From NCBI GenBank assembly GCA_030833185.1, contig JAURHQ010000005.1, forward strand, positions 1 through 55,820: a stretch of DNA of 55,820 nt, read 5' to 3'. This DNA comes from Gammaproteobacteria bacterium (GTDB lineage: Bacteria; Pseudomonadota; Gammaproteobacteria; Ga0077536). The position numbers and the translations under genes were made by a program. Below, piece by piece: positions 9,934 to 19,431 of this stretch (position 1 is its first letter; every line of letters starts with the position of its first letter). The notes under the pieces are model-generated. The model worked only from the letters and a program-made list of their open reading frames with translations, did not search any database and was not told where the DNA came from.

Positions 9934-12513
9934 ATGCAAGTTGACCGTGTAAGGGCCCTTCGCGGTCCTAATCTCTGGACCCGCCGTACCGCCATCGAAG
10001 CCATCGTGACCTGCGGTGAAGGCGAGCGCGACATCGCCCGTTTTCAGGGCTTTGAAGAACGTCTCCGCGCGCTCTATCCGCGGCTGCAATCGCTGAGCCC
10101 GCCGCCGGAAGGCCAGACCAACGGGATGGCGAAAGTGCTGGAGATCACCACCCTGAGCCTGCAGGCAGACATCGGCTGCCCGGTGACCTTCAGCCGCACC
10201 GCGCTAGCGCCCGACCCCGGTGTTTTTCAGGTGGTGGTGGAGTACGACGAGGAAGACGTTGGCCGCAACGCGATCGACATCGCGGAACGCCTTATTCAGG
10301 CCGCCCGCGACGGCGCCGGGTTTGACGTGGAGGGCGAAATTAATCGTCTGCGCGAAATCTATGAGGACGTGCGGCTGGGACCTTCGACCGGCGCGATCGT
10401 GGCCGCCGGTCTGGAGCGCGGCATTCCGTTCTATCGCCTGAGTGAAGGCAGCCTGATCCAGTTTGGCTGGGGCAGCCGTCAGCGGCGCATCCAGGCCGCC
10501 GAAATGGACCGCACCAGCGCGATTGCGCAGTCCATCGCACAGGACAAACAACTCAGCAAACAGCTGCTGGCCGCCGCCGGGGTGCCCGTACCCGAAGGGC
10601 AAACCGTAGATGACGTCGACGAAGCCTGGGAAGTGGCCTGCGCACTGGGGCTGCCAGTCGTCGTTAAACCGCAGGACGGTAACCACGGGCGCGGCGTGAC
10701 GGTGAACGTTGAGACCCGCGAGCAGCTTGAAGCGGGCTTCCGCTCGGCGGCCGAAGCGGGATCGCGCGTCATCGTCGAGCGCTATATCCCCGGCAGCGAC
10801 TACCGGATGCTGGTGATCGGCGACAAACTGATCGCCGCCGCGCGGCGCGAGCCGCCGCTGGTGACGGGCGACGGCGTGCAGACCATTCAGGCGCTGGTCG
10901 ACGAAGTAAACCGCGACCCGCGACGCGGCTCGGGCCATGCCACCTCACTCACCCGCATCCCGATCGACGACATCGCGCTGGCCTGCCTTGCCAATCAGAA
11001 CCTGACGCTCGACGCCGTGCCGGCGCTGGGTCAGCCGGTCGTACTGCGGAATAACGCGAATCTCTCCACCGGCGGCACGGCCACCGATGTGACGGATCAG
11101 GTGCACCCCGAACTCGCCGCCAGAGCGGTCACCGCGGCGCAGATGGTCGGTCTCGAAATCTGCGGGGTCGACGTCGTCTGCCAGTCGGTGCTGCGGCCGC
11201 TGGAAGAACAGTCAGGCGGGGTGGTTGAAGTCAACGCCGCGCCCGGACTGCGGATGCACCTGTCACCCTCCTACGGCACCGGCCGGCGGGTGGGCGAGGC
11301 CATCATCAACGAAATGTTTGCGCCGGGAGAAGACGGCCGGATTCCGGTGATCGCGGTCACCGGCACCAATGGCAAAACCACCACCGTGCGGCTGATTGCC
11401 CACTTGCTGGAGCAGCACGGCCTGCGCACCGGCCTGACCACCACCGACGGCGTCTATGCCGGCGGGCGACAGCTAGACTCCGGCGATTGCAGCGGCCCCC
11501 GCTCTGGCAAGACCATCCTGATGCATCCCGACGTTGACGCCGCGGTGCTCGAAACTGCACGCGGCGGCATCCTGCGCGAAGGGCTGGCCTTTGATCGCTG
11601 TCAGGTCGCGGTCGTCACCAATATCGGCAGCGGCGACCACCTCGGCCTCAACTACATCACCACGCTGGAAGATCTGGCGGTCCTGAAGCGCGTCATCGTG
11701 CAGAACGTGGCGCCGAACGGCTACGCCGTGCTGAATGCGGACGACCCGATTTCCGCCCGCTTCGGCGCGGTGGCAACAGGCAACGTCGTCTACTTCTCAC
11801 GCGACCGCACCAACCCCTTGCTGGTCACCCACCGCGCCCAGGGCCGGGCGGTGGTGTTTGTGGATGGCGACGACATCAGCATCGTCAATCAGGGCGAAGA
11901 AGTCTGTCGCTTCGCGCTCGCCGACATCCCTTTAACGCTGGGCGGCAAGCTCGGCTTTCAGGTCGACAACGTGATGGCGGCGGTGGCGGCGGCCTGGGCC
12001 GTGAACGTGAGCGCAGAAGCCCTGCGACGCGGCCTTGCCAGCTTTAGATCAGACGTGGCGTCGACCCCCGGCCGCTTCAACGTGCTGGACTATAAGGGCG
12101 CGACGGTCATCGCCGACTACGGCCATAACCCGGACGCCATGAAGGCGCTGGTCGAAGCGGTATCGGCGTTGCCTGCGAAGCAGCGCACCGTGGTCATCAG
12201 CGGCGCTGGCGACCGACGTGACGAAGACATTCGCGATCAGACCCGCATTCTGGGCGCGGCCTTCGACAATGTGCTGCTGTATCAGGACGCTTGCCAGCGA
12301 GGTCGAGAGGACGGCGAAGTGCTGGCCCTGCTACAGGAAGGACTGGTCGGTGCCAGCCGCACCCGTCATGTGGAAGAAATCCGCGGCGAATTCGTGGCCA
12401 TCGACCACGCACTCGCCTCGCTGGCGCCCGGCGACCTCTGCCTCATTCTGATTGACCAGGTGCAGGAAGCGCTTGACCATCTGGGTCAACGGGTGGCCGC
12501 CGCCAACGCCTAA
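9934..12513 (+). CDS. cphA: Cyanophycin synthetase
   Basis: LRGPN, KPQDGNHGRGV, NANLSTGG, EVNAAPGLRMH, GTNGKTTT, ETARGG, DYGHN. Confidence 0.95.
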   Translation: MQVDRVRALRGPNLWTRRTAIEAIVTCGEGERDIARFQGFEERLRALYPRLQSLSPPPEGQTNGMAKVLEITTLSLQADIGCPVTFSRTALAPDPGVFQVVVEYDEEDVGRNAIDIAERLIQAARDGAGFDVEGEINRLREIYEDVRLGPSTGAIVAAGLERGIPFYRLSEGSLIQFGWGSRQRRIQAAEMDRTSAIAQSIAQDKQLSKQLLAAAGVPVPEGQTVDDVDEAWEVACALGLPVVVKPQDGNHGRGVTVNVETREQLEAGFRSAAEAGSRVIVERYIPGSDYRMLVIGDKLIAAARREPPLVTGDGVQTIQALVDEVNRDPRRGSGHATSLTRIPIDDIALACLANQNLTLDAVPALGQPVVLRNNANLSTGGTATDVTDQVHPELAARAVTAAQMVGLEICGVDVVCQSVLRPLEEQSGGVVEVNAAPGLRMHLSPSYGTGRRVGEAIINEMFAPGEDGRIPVIAVTGTNGKTTTVRLIAHLLEQHGLRTGLTTTDGVYAGGRQLDSGDCSGPRSGKTILMHPDVDAAVLETARGGILREGLAFDRCQVAVVTNIGSGDHLGLNYITTLEDLAVLKRVIVQNVAPNGYAVLNADDPISARFGAVATGNVVYFSRDRTNPLLVTHRAQGRAVVFVDGDDISIVNQGEEVCRFALADIPLTLGGKLGFQVDNVMAAVAAAWAVNVSAEALRRGLASFRSDVASTPGRFNVLDYKGATVIADYGHNPDAMKALVEAVSALPAKQRTVVISGAGDRRDEDIRDQTRILGAAFDNVLLYQDACQRGREDGEVLALLQEGLVGASRTRHVEEIRGEFVAIDHALASLAPGDLCLILIDQVQEALDHLGQRVAAANA

Positions 12514-12544
12514 GCCCGTCCCTGCAAGCCACCGGAGGTCGTCT

Positions 12545-13342
12545 ATGAGCGTTGTCAGCTACGTGGTCGAAGACCACATCGCCATCATCACCCTGAACCG
12601 TCCGGAGGCGCGTAATGCGCTGAACCCGGAAGTCGCCTGCCGTCTGGCAGACGCCTGGGCGAGCGTGCGCGATGACGACAACGTGCGGGTCGCGATCCTC
12701 ACCGGCACCGGCAGCGCCTTCTGCGCGGGTGCTGACCTCGGCCAGCTGATTCCGCTGTATTCCGGCGCACGCCAACCGCAAAACGAATGGGACGAGCGCA
12801 TTGTCGCCGACCGCAACACCACGCGCCGCGCGCTGCTGCGCAACTTCGATCCCGAGAAACCGATCATCGCCGCCATCAACGGGCACGCCATCGCCGGCGG
12901 CATGGAAATCGTGCAGGGCACCGATCTTCGCGTGTCGGTCCCGGAAGCCAAGTTCGGCGTTCAGGAAGTGAAGTGGGCGATTTTCCCGGCGGGCGGATCT
13001 ACCGTGCGCTTGCCCGCGCAGTTGCCCTACGCCAAAGCCATGGAACTGCTGCTGACGGGCGATCTCATCACCGCCGACGAAGCCCTGCAGCTGGGTTTCC
13101 TGAACTACGTGGATGCAGACCCGCTGACCAGGGCGCGCCAGTTAGCGGCCCGCATTGCCGCCAACGGACCGCTGGCGGTCAAGGCGATCCGTCGCTCGGT
13201 GAAAGCCTGTCTCGGCAAGCCTGAAGCCGAGGCGCTCGAGATTGAGGTCGAGATTTCAAGCCCGGTATTTCTGACCGAAGATGCCAAGGAAGGTCCGCGT
13301 GCCTTCATGGAAAAACGCAGCCCGGTCTATCACGGGCGTTAG
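12545..13342 (+). CDS. Enoyl-CoA hydratase/crotonase (EchA19-like)
   Basis: Start ATG 12545 after GGAGG; LNRPEARNAL, FCAGADL, AIAGGMEIVQGTD, FGVQE. Confidence 0.92.
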   Translation: MSVVSYVVEDHIAIITLNRPEARNALNPEVACRLADAWASVRDDDNVRVAILTGTGSAFCAGADLGQLIPLYSGARQPQNEWDERIVADRNTTRRALLRNFDPEKPIIAAINGHAIAGGMEIVQGTDLRVSVPEAKFGVQEVKWAIFPAGGSTVRLPAQLPYAKAMELLLTGDLITADEALQLGFLNYVDADPLTRARQLAARIAANGPLAVKAIRRSVKACLGKPEAEALEIEVEISSPVFLTEDAKEGPRAFMEKRSPVYHGR

Positions 13343-13363
13343 ACCACGTTGCGCCTGAGGCGC

Positions 13364-16300
13364 TCAGCTCGCCACCGAGCCGATCACCGCCGCCACTGAA
13401 CGCAGCAGGGCGTCGGGTGCCACGGGCTTGCGCACGAACTCGCGGATGCCCAGAGCCAAAGCGCCCTGCTCGTCGACGGCGTCGCTGTAGCCGGTACACA
13501 GGATGATGGGCAAATCTGGCTGCACGCTGCGTAGACGGGTGATCAACTCGGTGCCCGTCATGCGCGGCATCGTCTGATCGGTCAAGAGGAGACCATAGCG
13601 CTGGTCGGTCTTATCGATCCGCTCCAGCGCTTCCACGCCGTCAGCTGCCGTATCGACGGTGTAGCCGTTCAGACTGAATAGCTCCGACAAATAAGACGCC
13701 ACGAGCGGTTCATCGTCGACGACCAGAATGCGCTGCCCCTGACCGCGCGGGGCTTCGGCCGGCACGAGCTGTTGGGCAGGGAGGTCGCCAATCGACACCG
13801 GCGCCGGCGGGAACAACAAGCGGAAACGCGTGCCCTGTCCGGGGCGGGACTCGACCAGCACGTGTCCTCGTCCGCGATGCAGGATTCCGTGGACCACCGA
13901 CAGGCCCATGCCGGTGCCTTTGCCCGGGCTCTTGGTGCTGAAGAAGGGGTCGAAGACACGCGACAACACCTCGGGCTCAATGCCGCTGCCGTTGTCTTCT
14001 ACCTCGATGACCAGATAGTGGCCGTTGACGCTGCCGTGGCAGCCCGAGCACACGCCGCGCACCCGGTGCGGGCTGAGGAGCCGAACATCGATTTGACCGT
14101 GCGGTCCCAACGCGTCGCGCGCGTTAACGATGAGATTAACCAGCAGTTGATGCAGATCCGAGGGGTCCAGCAGGGCAAAAGTTGGCGCCGCCGCATGATG
14201 CACCACGAGTTGCATGCTGGACGGGATGATCGCCTTCATCATCCGCGCTACCTCTTCGATCAGCGGCGCCGGATCGACCGGATGCAAGTCCTCGCGGGGC
14301 GCGTTGCGGCTGAACTCGAGCATCTTGGCCACCAGTTCCCGCGCCCGCTCACCGGCCGACATCACCGCGGCCAGATAGTTTGCGATGCGTTCGGTGCCTT
14401 CCGGCGGCAGCATGGTCTGCGCCAAAGAGACATACCCCAGAATGCTCGCCAGAATATTGTTGAAGTCGTGCGCGATACCGCCCGTCAACTGACCCAGCGC
14501 ATCCATCTTCTGGGACTGCTGCAGTTCCCGTTGCAGACGCTCGCGTTCGTCGGCCGTGCGGGTCCATTCGGTCAGGTCGTTGAAGGCGCCGACTAGCCCG
14601 ATGACCCGACCGTCCAGTCGAATGGCAGCCACCTGCACCCTCACCACGCGTAGACCCGAGGACGCGCGCTCGAAGCGATACTCGACTTCGTAAGTGCCCT
14701 CGGGCGCATCCAGAAACGCGCGCCAGCCGGCGCTGATTTGGGCGCGGGGGCCTTCATCCAGCAACATCGTCCAGGCCTCGTTCAGGCAAGCGTCGGCGCT
14801 GCGCCCGACCAGTTCGCAGAGCAGCGGATTGACGTAAATGATGGTCCCTGCCGGGTCGGAGAGGAAAATCCCGACCGGCGAATGCTCAACCACCGTGCGG
14901 AGCTTGGCTTCGCTAGTTTCGAGCGCCGAGACCGCTTCGCGACGGGCCGCCACGTCCTGAAATACACCGGCCGCACGGACCGGGCGCCCCGCGCTGTCGC
15001 GGGCCGCCACCTGCCCCGAACTGTGGATCCAGAGCCACTGCCCGTTGGCGATCCGCACCCGCATTTCAGCCTCGAAAAATGGCGTTATGCCCGCGCAATG
15101 GGCATCCAGCGCCGCTTCCATGGCAGGTAAATCATCCGGGTGAAAATAAGTCGCCCACTCAGCACGCTCGAATGCGCGGTCGGGGCGAGCCTCGCCGATC
15201 AGATCGAGCACCCAATCGTTGACCACCGTCCGGCCGTTGAGCAGATCCAGATCCCACAAGCCCAGGCGGGCAGCGGCCACCACGCGCGCCAGACGTTCCT
15301 GTTCGACCTTAAGGCTATCTTCCGCTTCCTTGCGTGCGGTAATGTCGACGTTCACGCCAGACAGACGCAGCGCCCGACCGCTCGGGTCGCGCTCGATCAC
15401 GCGCCCCCGATGATTGATCCACTTCCAGTGGCCTGCGACGTCACGGATCCGGGTTTCGACCTGCAGTAACTCGTCAGCCGCGTCGAGCTTATCGGCAATG
15501 AAGCGGTTGAAACGTTCACGTTCCTCGCCCTCCAGCCAGCCCAATAGCCAGCCCTCGCGACCGGCCTGCTCGGCCGGCCGAAAACCCAGCGTGCGTTCGA
15601 GCCAGGCGTTGGTTTCGAGCTTGCCGGTCTCGCGGTCCCATTCCCAGACGCCCAGATCGGCCGCCTCGACCGTCACCTGCAAGCGTTGCGCGGCATCTCG
15701 CCCGCTGGCTTCCGCCAGCCGCAGTTGGGTGATGTCCAGATGCGTACCGACCAGCCGGCGGGCCCGGCCGTCCTCACCGCGCGCCACGACCTGACCGTTC
15801 ACCAGCTGCCAGCGCCAGCCGTCGTGAGCCCGGAAGCGCGCTTCCATACTGAAATACGGGGTTTCGCCCTTCAGATGTTTTTGCCCAGCCAGAATGAAGC
15901 GGTCGTAGTCTTCGGGGTGGATCAGCTTCAGCCATTCCTTCACGTCGCGCTGCCCGCCGGGCGCCACGTCCAGCAAATCGGCGACCGCAGAGGTCACGTC
16001 GGTGCGGGCGGCGACCAGATCCCATTCCCAGAACCCGACGTTGCCCGCACGAATCAGCATGTCGAATCGCGCACGCTCATCCCGCACTTCGAGTTCGGCC
16101 AGTTTGCGCTCGGTGATGTCAAGGTGAACGCCTGCCATCCGCAGGGGCTGACCCTGCGCATCGCGTTCGGTGACCCGGCCGCGATCGAGCACCCAGACCC
16201 AGCTGCCATCCTTCGCCCGCAAGCGATGTTCGGTCATGTAGGAAGGGGTAAGTCCGTTCTTGTGCGCAGCGACTGCCTCGGTCGCCATGGTGTAGTCGTC

Positions 16301-18121
16301 TGGATGGATAAGCCCGCTCCAGGCGGTCGTCGCGTTGTTGAAGTCGTCTGGCGCGTAGCCAAGCATGGTGGCGAAGCGTTCATTGAAGTGCAGCACATCG
16401 GCAACGATATCCCAGTCCCAGACAGCCAGACGCGCGCCCTCCACCACGGCACTCAGGCGCTCGCGTTGCTCGTCCAGCACCCGGCTAGTCAACATGCGCA
16501 TGAACTCGCCGCCCGCCCGCCGGGCGGCCAGTGCCAGCAAGACCTCATCGTCTTCATGGCCGGAACAGGGTTTGTCGTCGAGAACCCAAACCAGTCCCAG
16601 AGTTTGGTCGTCCTGACCGGTAATGGGAAACGCACGGTAACTTTCGACGCCGGCGCCGTGAAAACGCGTTGGCAAATGAAACCGCGCGCCAACGCCCGAC
16701 GCGACCCGGAAGACCTCGCCAGCCACCAGTGGGATGGCGAAGGGTGTGTTGGCCACCGCCAGGCGGAAACCCGTCGAAGGCATGCCATCTTCCCAGTACG
16801 CCATCACATCGACGGTCGCCTGATCGGGCATCAAACGACCAATTCCCGCCCAGCGCGCGCCAAGTCCAAGGCACACCGCTTCCACAATGCGGTCCAGCAG
16901 ATCCTGGCCTGCATCGGCCTCGGCCAGCATTTCCAGACCACGACGCTGGCGCTCGCGCTCGGTCACATCGGTGCGAATCGAAAGGTATTGGTGGATAGCG
17001 CCCTCATCGTCAAACACCGGCACGATGGTGGATTGCACCCAATAAAGTTCGCCGCTGCGACGGCGATTCTGAATCAGCCCTCGCCACACCTTGCCTGAGG
17101 ACACGGTGTGCCAGAGATCGGTGTAGAAGGCGTCGCCGTGGGTGAATGACTTCAGGAGCCGATGGTTTTGTCCCAGCAGTTCCTCACGCGAGTACCCGCT
17201 GACCTCGCAGAACTTGTCGTTCACAAACCGGATATCGCCCTTCAGGTCGGCGACAGAGACAATGGCGTGATGGTCGACCGCCATACGCAGGGCCTGCAAG
17301 GAGGCATTGCGTTGTCGGAGATCCTGCTCGCGCAGCATCAGCCTCGCGCGGTCGACCTCCTGGCGTGACATCGTGCGGTTGAACGCCCGGGTGATGTCGG
17401 TGAGTTCATCGTTGCCGGACAGCACCACGCGCACGCCAAGCTCGCCCGCGCTGACTTTCTCAAAACCGGCTTTCAGCGCAGCCAGCCGCCGGCTGAACAC
17501 CCGGTCAAAAAAAACCCACAGGGCAAGCCCGCAGAGGATGGAAAAACCCGCGGAGATCAGCGCGCGCTGGTAGCGCAAACGCGACGCCGAGGCGAGCAAA
17601 GGCGCCAGATCCTGCCGCACCAGCAACCAGGCGTCAGGGGCTGGCTGGGCGTCGGTATCCGAAAACTTCACCGGCTCGAGCATCAGGGCGAAACGCTCCC
17701 CTCCCAGCAGCTTAGGCTCCGGGGTCTGCAAGGCGGTCGCGGTCAAGCCGGGGAAACGCTGGAAATCGAGCGCCTCGAGGGTCTGGCCCGGGGTCTCGAT
17801 CAGGCGGTATTGGCCGTCGATCAGGGCCGTTTCAACGACCTGCGGATCCTCGCGCAGCGCGGCCAAGCGCCGCGCCACCGCCCGCGTATCACCGTCGCGT
17901 AGATGGTGGGCGATGTGCATCGCCGTGGTAGCGACGCTGAGTTGCCGCGCCTGTTTGGCGTCGGCCAGTTCTCGCCCGCGGTCAAGGCCGGTATGGGCAA
18001 CAGCGCCCAGCAGGGCCGCCAACACCCCGGACAGCAGGATTGCCAGCGGAACCGTGCGTCTGAGCGGCCAGCGGGTCAGAAATTCACCGACCGCGGAAGC
18101 CCAGCCGCGGCGCGGAATCAC
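13364..18121 (-). CDS. Hybrid sensor histidine kinase (2TM-HAMP-PAS-GAF-multiple PAS-HisKA-HATPase-REC)
   Basis: HAMP (GNDEL), repeated PAS/PAC (WEWD, IHPDD, GxHLDITERK), AHDFNNIL, FDPFFSTK..GTGMGLS, REC (VDDE, DQTMP, KP). Confidence 0.93.
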   Translation of the reverse strand: MIPRRGWASAVGEFLTRWPLRRTVPLAILLSGVLAALLGAVAHTGLDRGRELADAKQARQLSVATTAMHIAHHLRDGDTRAVARRLAALREDPQVVETALIDGQYRLIETPGQTLEALDFQRFPGLTATALQTPEPKLLGGERFALMLEPVKFSDTDAQPAPDAWLLVRQDLAPLLASASRLRYQRALISAGFSILCGLALWVFFDRVFSRRLAALKAGFEKVSAGELGVRVVLSGNDELTDITRAFNRTMSRQEVDRARLMLREQDLRQRNASLQALRMAVDHHAIVSVADLKGDIRFVNDKFCEVSGYSREELLGQNHRLLKSFTHGDAFYTDLWHTVSSGKVWRGLIQNRRRSGELYWVQSTIVPVFDDEGAIHQYLSIRTDVTERERQRRGLEMLAEADAGQDLLDRIVEAVCLGLGARWAGIGRLMPDQATVDVMAYWEDGMPSTGFRLAVANTPFAIPLVAGEVFRVASGVGARFHLPTRFHGAGVESYRAFPITGQDDQTLGLVWVLDDKPCSGHEDDEVLLALAARRAGGEFMRMLTSRVLDEQRERLSAVVEGARLAVWDWDIVADVLHFNERFATMLGYAPDDFNNATTAWSGLIHPDDYTMATEAVAAHKNGLTPSYMTEHRLRAKDGSWVWVLDRGRVTERDAQGQPLRMAGVHLDITERKLAELEVRDERARFDMLIRAGNVGFWEWDLVAARTDVTSAVADLLDVAPGGQRDVKEWLKLIHPEDYDRFILAGQKHLKGETPYFSMEARFRAHDGWRWQLVNGQVVARGEDGRARRLVGTHLDITQLRLAEASGRDAAQRLQVTVEAADLGVWEWDRETGKLETNAWLERTLGFRPAEQAGREGWLLGWLEGEERERFNRFIADKLDAADELLQVETRIRDVAGHWKWINHRGRVIERDPSGRALRLSGVNVDITARKEAEDSLKVEQERLARVVAAARLGLWDLDLLNGRTVVNDWVLDLIGEARPDRAFERAEWATYFHPDDLPAMEAALDAHCAGITPFFEAEMRVRIANGQWLWIHSSGQVAARDSAGRPVRAAGVFQDVAARREAVSALETSEAKLRTVVEHSPVGIFLSDPAGTIIYVNPLLCELVGRSADACLNEAWTMLLDEGPRAQISAGWRAFLDAPEGTYEVEYRFERASSGLRVVRVQVAAIRLDGRVIGLVGAFNDLTEWTRTADERERLQRELQQSQKMDALGQLTGGIAHDFNNILASILGYVSLAQTMLPPEGTERIANYLAAVMSAGERARELVAKMLEFSRNAPREDLHPVDPAPLIEEVARMMKAIIPSSMQLVVHHAAAPTFALLDPSDLHQLLVNLIVNARDALGPHGQIDVRLLSPHRVRGVCSGCHGSVNGHYLVIEVEDNGSGIEPEVLSRVFDPFFSTKSPGKGTGMGLSVVHGILHRGRGHVLVESRPGQGTRFRLLFPPAPVSIGDLPAQQLVPAEAPRGQGQRILVVDDEPLVASYLSELFSLNGYTVDTAADGVEALERIDKTDQRYGLLLTDQTMPRMTGTELITRLRSVQPDLPIILCTGYSDAVDEQGALALGIREFVRKPVAPDALLRSVAAVIGSVAS

Positions 18122-19224
18122 TGACCGGGTTCTCTCAGCGGGGTGGGCAGATTGAGTTCCTCCTTGCTGCGCTGAATGCCTTCAAACAGCGACAGGCCAA
18201 GGTCTTCCCCCATATCACCCTGAACCATGAAGGTCTCGCGTTCACGTTCCACCAGATCAAGGAACACGTTGGTCAACGCCGGATCGCGCCAACCGCGCTC
18301 GGCCTCCTTGCGCATGATGCGAACCACTTCGTGGGTCGGCAGGGCCGGTTTATAGGGGCGGGCAAAGCTGAGCGCGTCGTAGATATCGCAGATCTGGAAA
18401 ACCCGCGCGAGCAGCGGAATTTCCTCGCCGTGCAGGCCATCGGGGTAGCCGCTACCGTCCCAACGCTCGTGGTGGGAGCGAATGATTTGCACCGTCTGAC
18501 GAAAACTTTTCAGCCCGCTACACAAGCGCTCGCCAATGATGGTGTGAGTTTTCATCACCGCCCACTCATCCGGCGTGAACCCACCCGGCTTCAGCAGAAT
18601 CTGTTCGGGGATGCCCAGCTTGCCGATGTCGTGCAGCACACCGCCGCGGCGTAGTGCCAATAAATCGCTGCCGCTCAAGCCGAGGGTTTCCCCGAAGCGC
18701 ACCGAGTACTGCGCCAGTCGCGTGCAATGGTCGCCGGTATTGCCATCTTTGGCTTCCACCATGCGGGCCAGCGCAAAAAGGACTGATTCGGCACTTTCCA
18801 ACTGGTCGGTCAAGCGCTTGCGATTAATGGCGGAGTCGATTCGGGCCACAAACTCCTGCGCGCTATAGGGCTTGTGGATGAAATCGGAGGCGCCGGCCCG
18901 CAAGCCCGACGTCAGCACGCTGGTGCTCCCCCCACCGCCCGTCACCATGATGATAGGCAGCAGCAGATTGCCGATGTCATCCCGGATCCGGCGACAAACC
19001 TCTTCGCCGTCGATGCCGGGCAGGCGCTTGTCGAGCACCATGACGTCGAAATCCTGGGTCGTCACGATATCCAGCGCCGTCATGCCATCAGCGGCTTCGA
19101 AGACTTCGTACTTGGGCGGTTGGAGAATGGCCTGGACCAGGGCGCGCTGGTCAGGTTCATCGTCGACGATCAGCACCTTGAAAGGCGCAGCGCCCTGATT
19201 GAGATAGTCAAACATCGACCGCAT
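18118..19224 (-). CDS. Response regulator with HD-GYP c-di-GMP phosphodiesterase domain (RpfG-like architecture)
   Basis: Start ATG 19224 with AGGAG RBS; REC domain then LHDIGK, HHERWDGSGYP, RPYK; 4-bp overlap with the kinase. Confidence 0.92.
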   Translation of the reverse strand: MRSMFDYLNQGAAPFKVLIVDDEPDQRALVQAILQPPKYEVFEAADGMTALDIVTTQDFDVMVLDKRLPGIDGEEVCRRIRDDIGNLLLPIIMVTGGGGSTSVLTSGLRAGASDFIHKPYSAQEFVARIDSAINRKRLTDQLESAESVLFALARMVEAKDGNTGDHCTRLAQYSVRFGETLGLSGSDLLALRRGGVLHDIGKLGIPEQILLKPGGFTPDEWAVMKTHTIIGERLCSGLKSFRQTVQIIRSHHERWDGSGYPDGLHGEEIPLLARVFQICDIYDALSFARPYKPALPTHEVVRIMRKEAERGWRDPALTNVFLDLVERERETFMVQGDMGEDLGLSLFEGIQRSKEELNLPTPLREPGQ

Positions 19225-19431
19225 CGTGATTACTCCTGCGACCCGCTGATGGCGGTCGGAGGTCTTGGGAACATCCGGCCTGCGCCCGGGAGTAACCCGA
19301 ACGACAGGGTTCAATCATAGCCGTGTGTATCGGGCCGAAGACAGCCTGTGTCGGGGTATCGGCCGCGCCCGCCTCCAACCGTAGGGCTTTTTGGTGCAAA
19401 TTTCCGCAGCCTGCCGGTAGCATGGCGTCTT

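Noticed and set aside
14036-14050. CxxCH as a c-type heme site
   Set aside because: Lies in a cytoplasmic ATPase domain, inaccessible to periplasmic heme ligation.
14900-16450. Repeated sequence blocks in the large kinase
   Set aside because: Degenerate PAS/PAC protein repeats, not a DNA repeat array or CRISPR.
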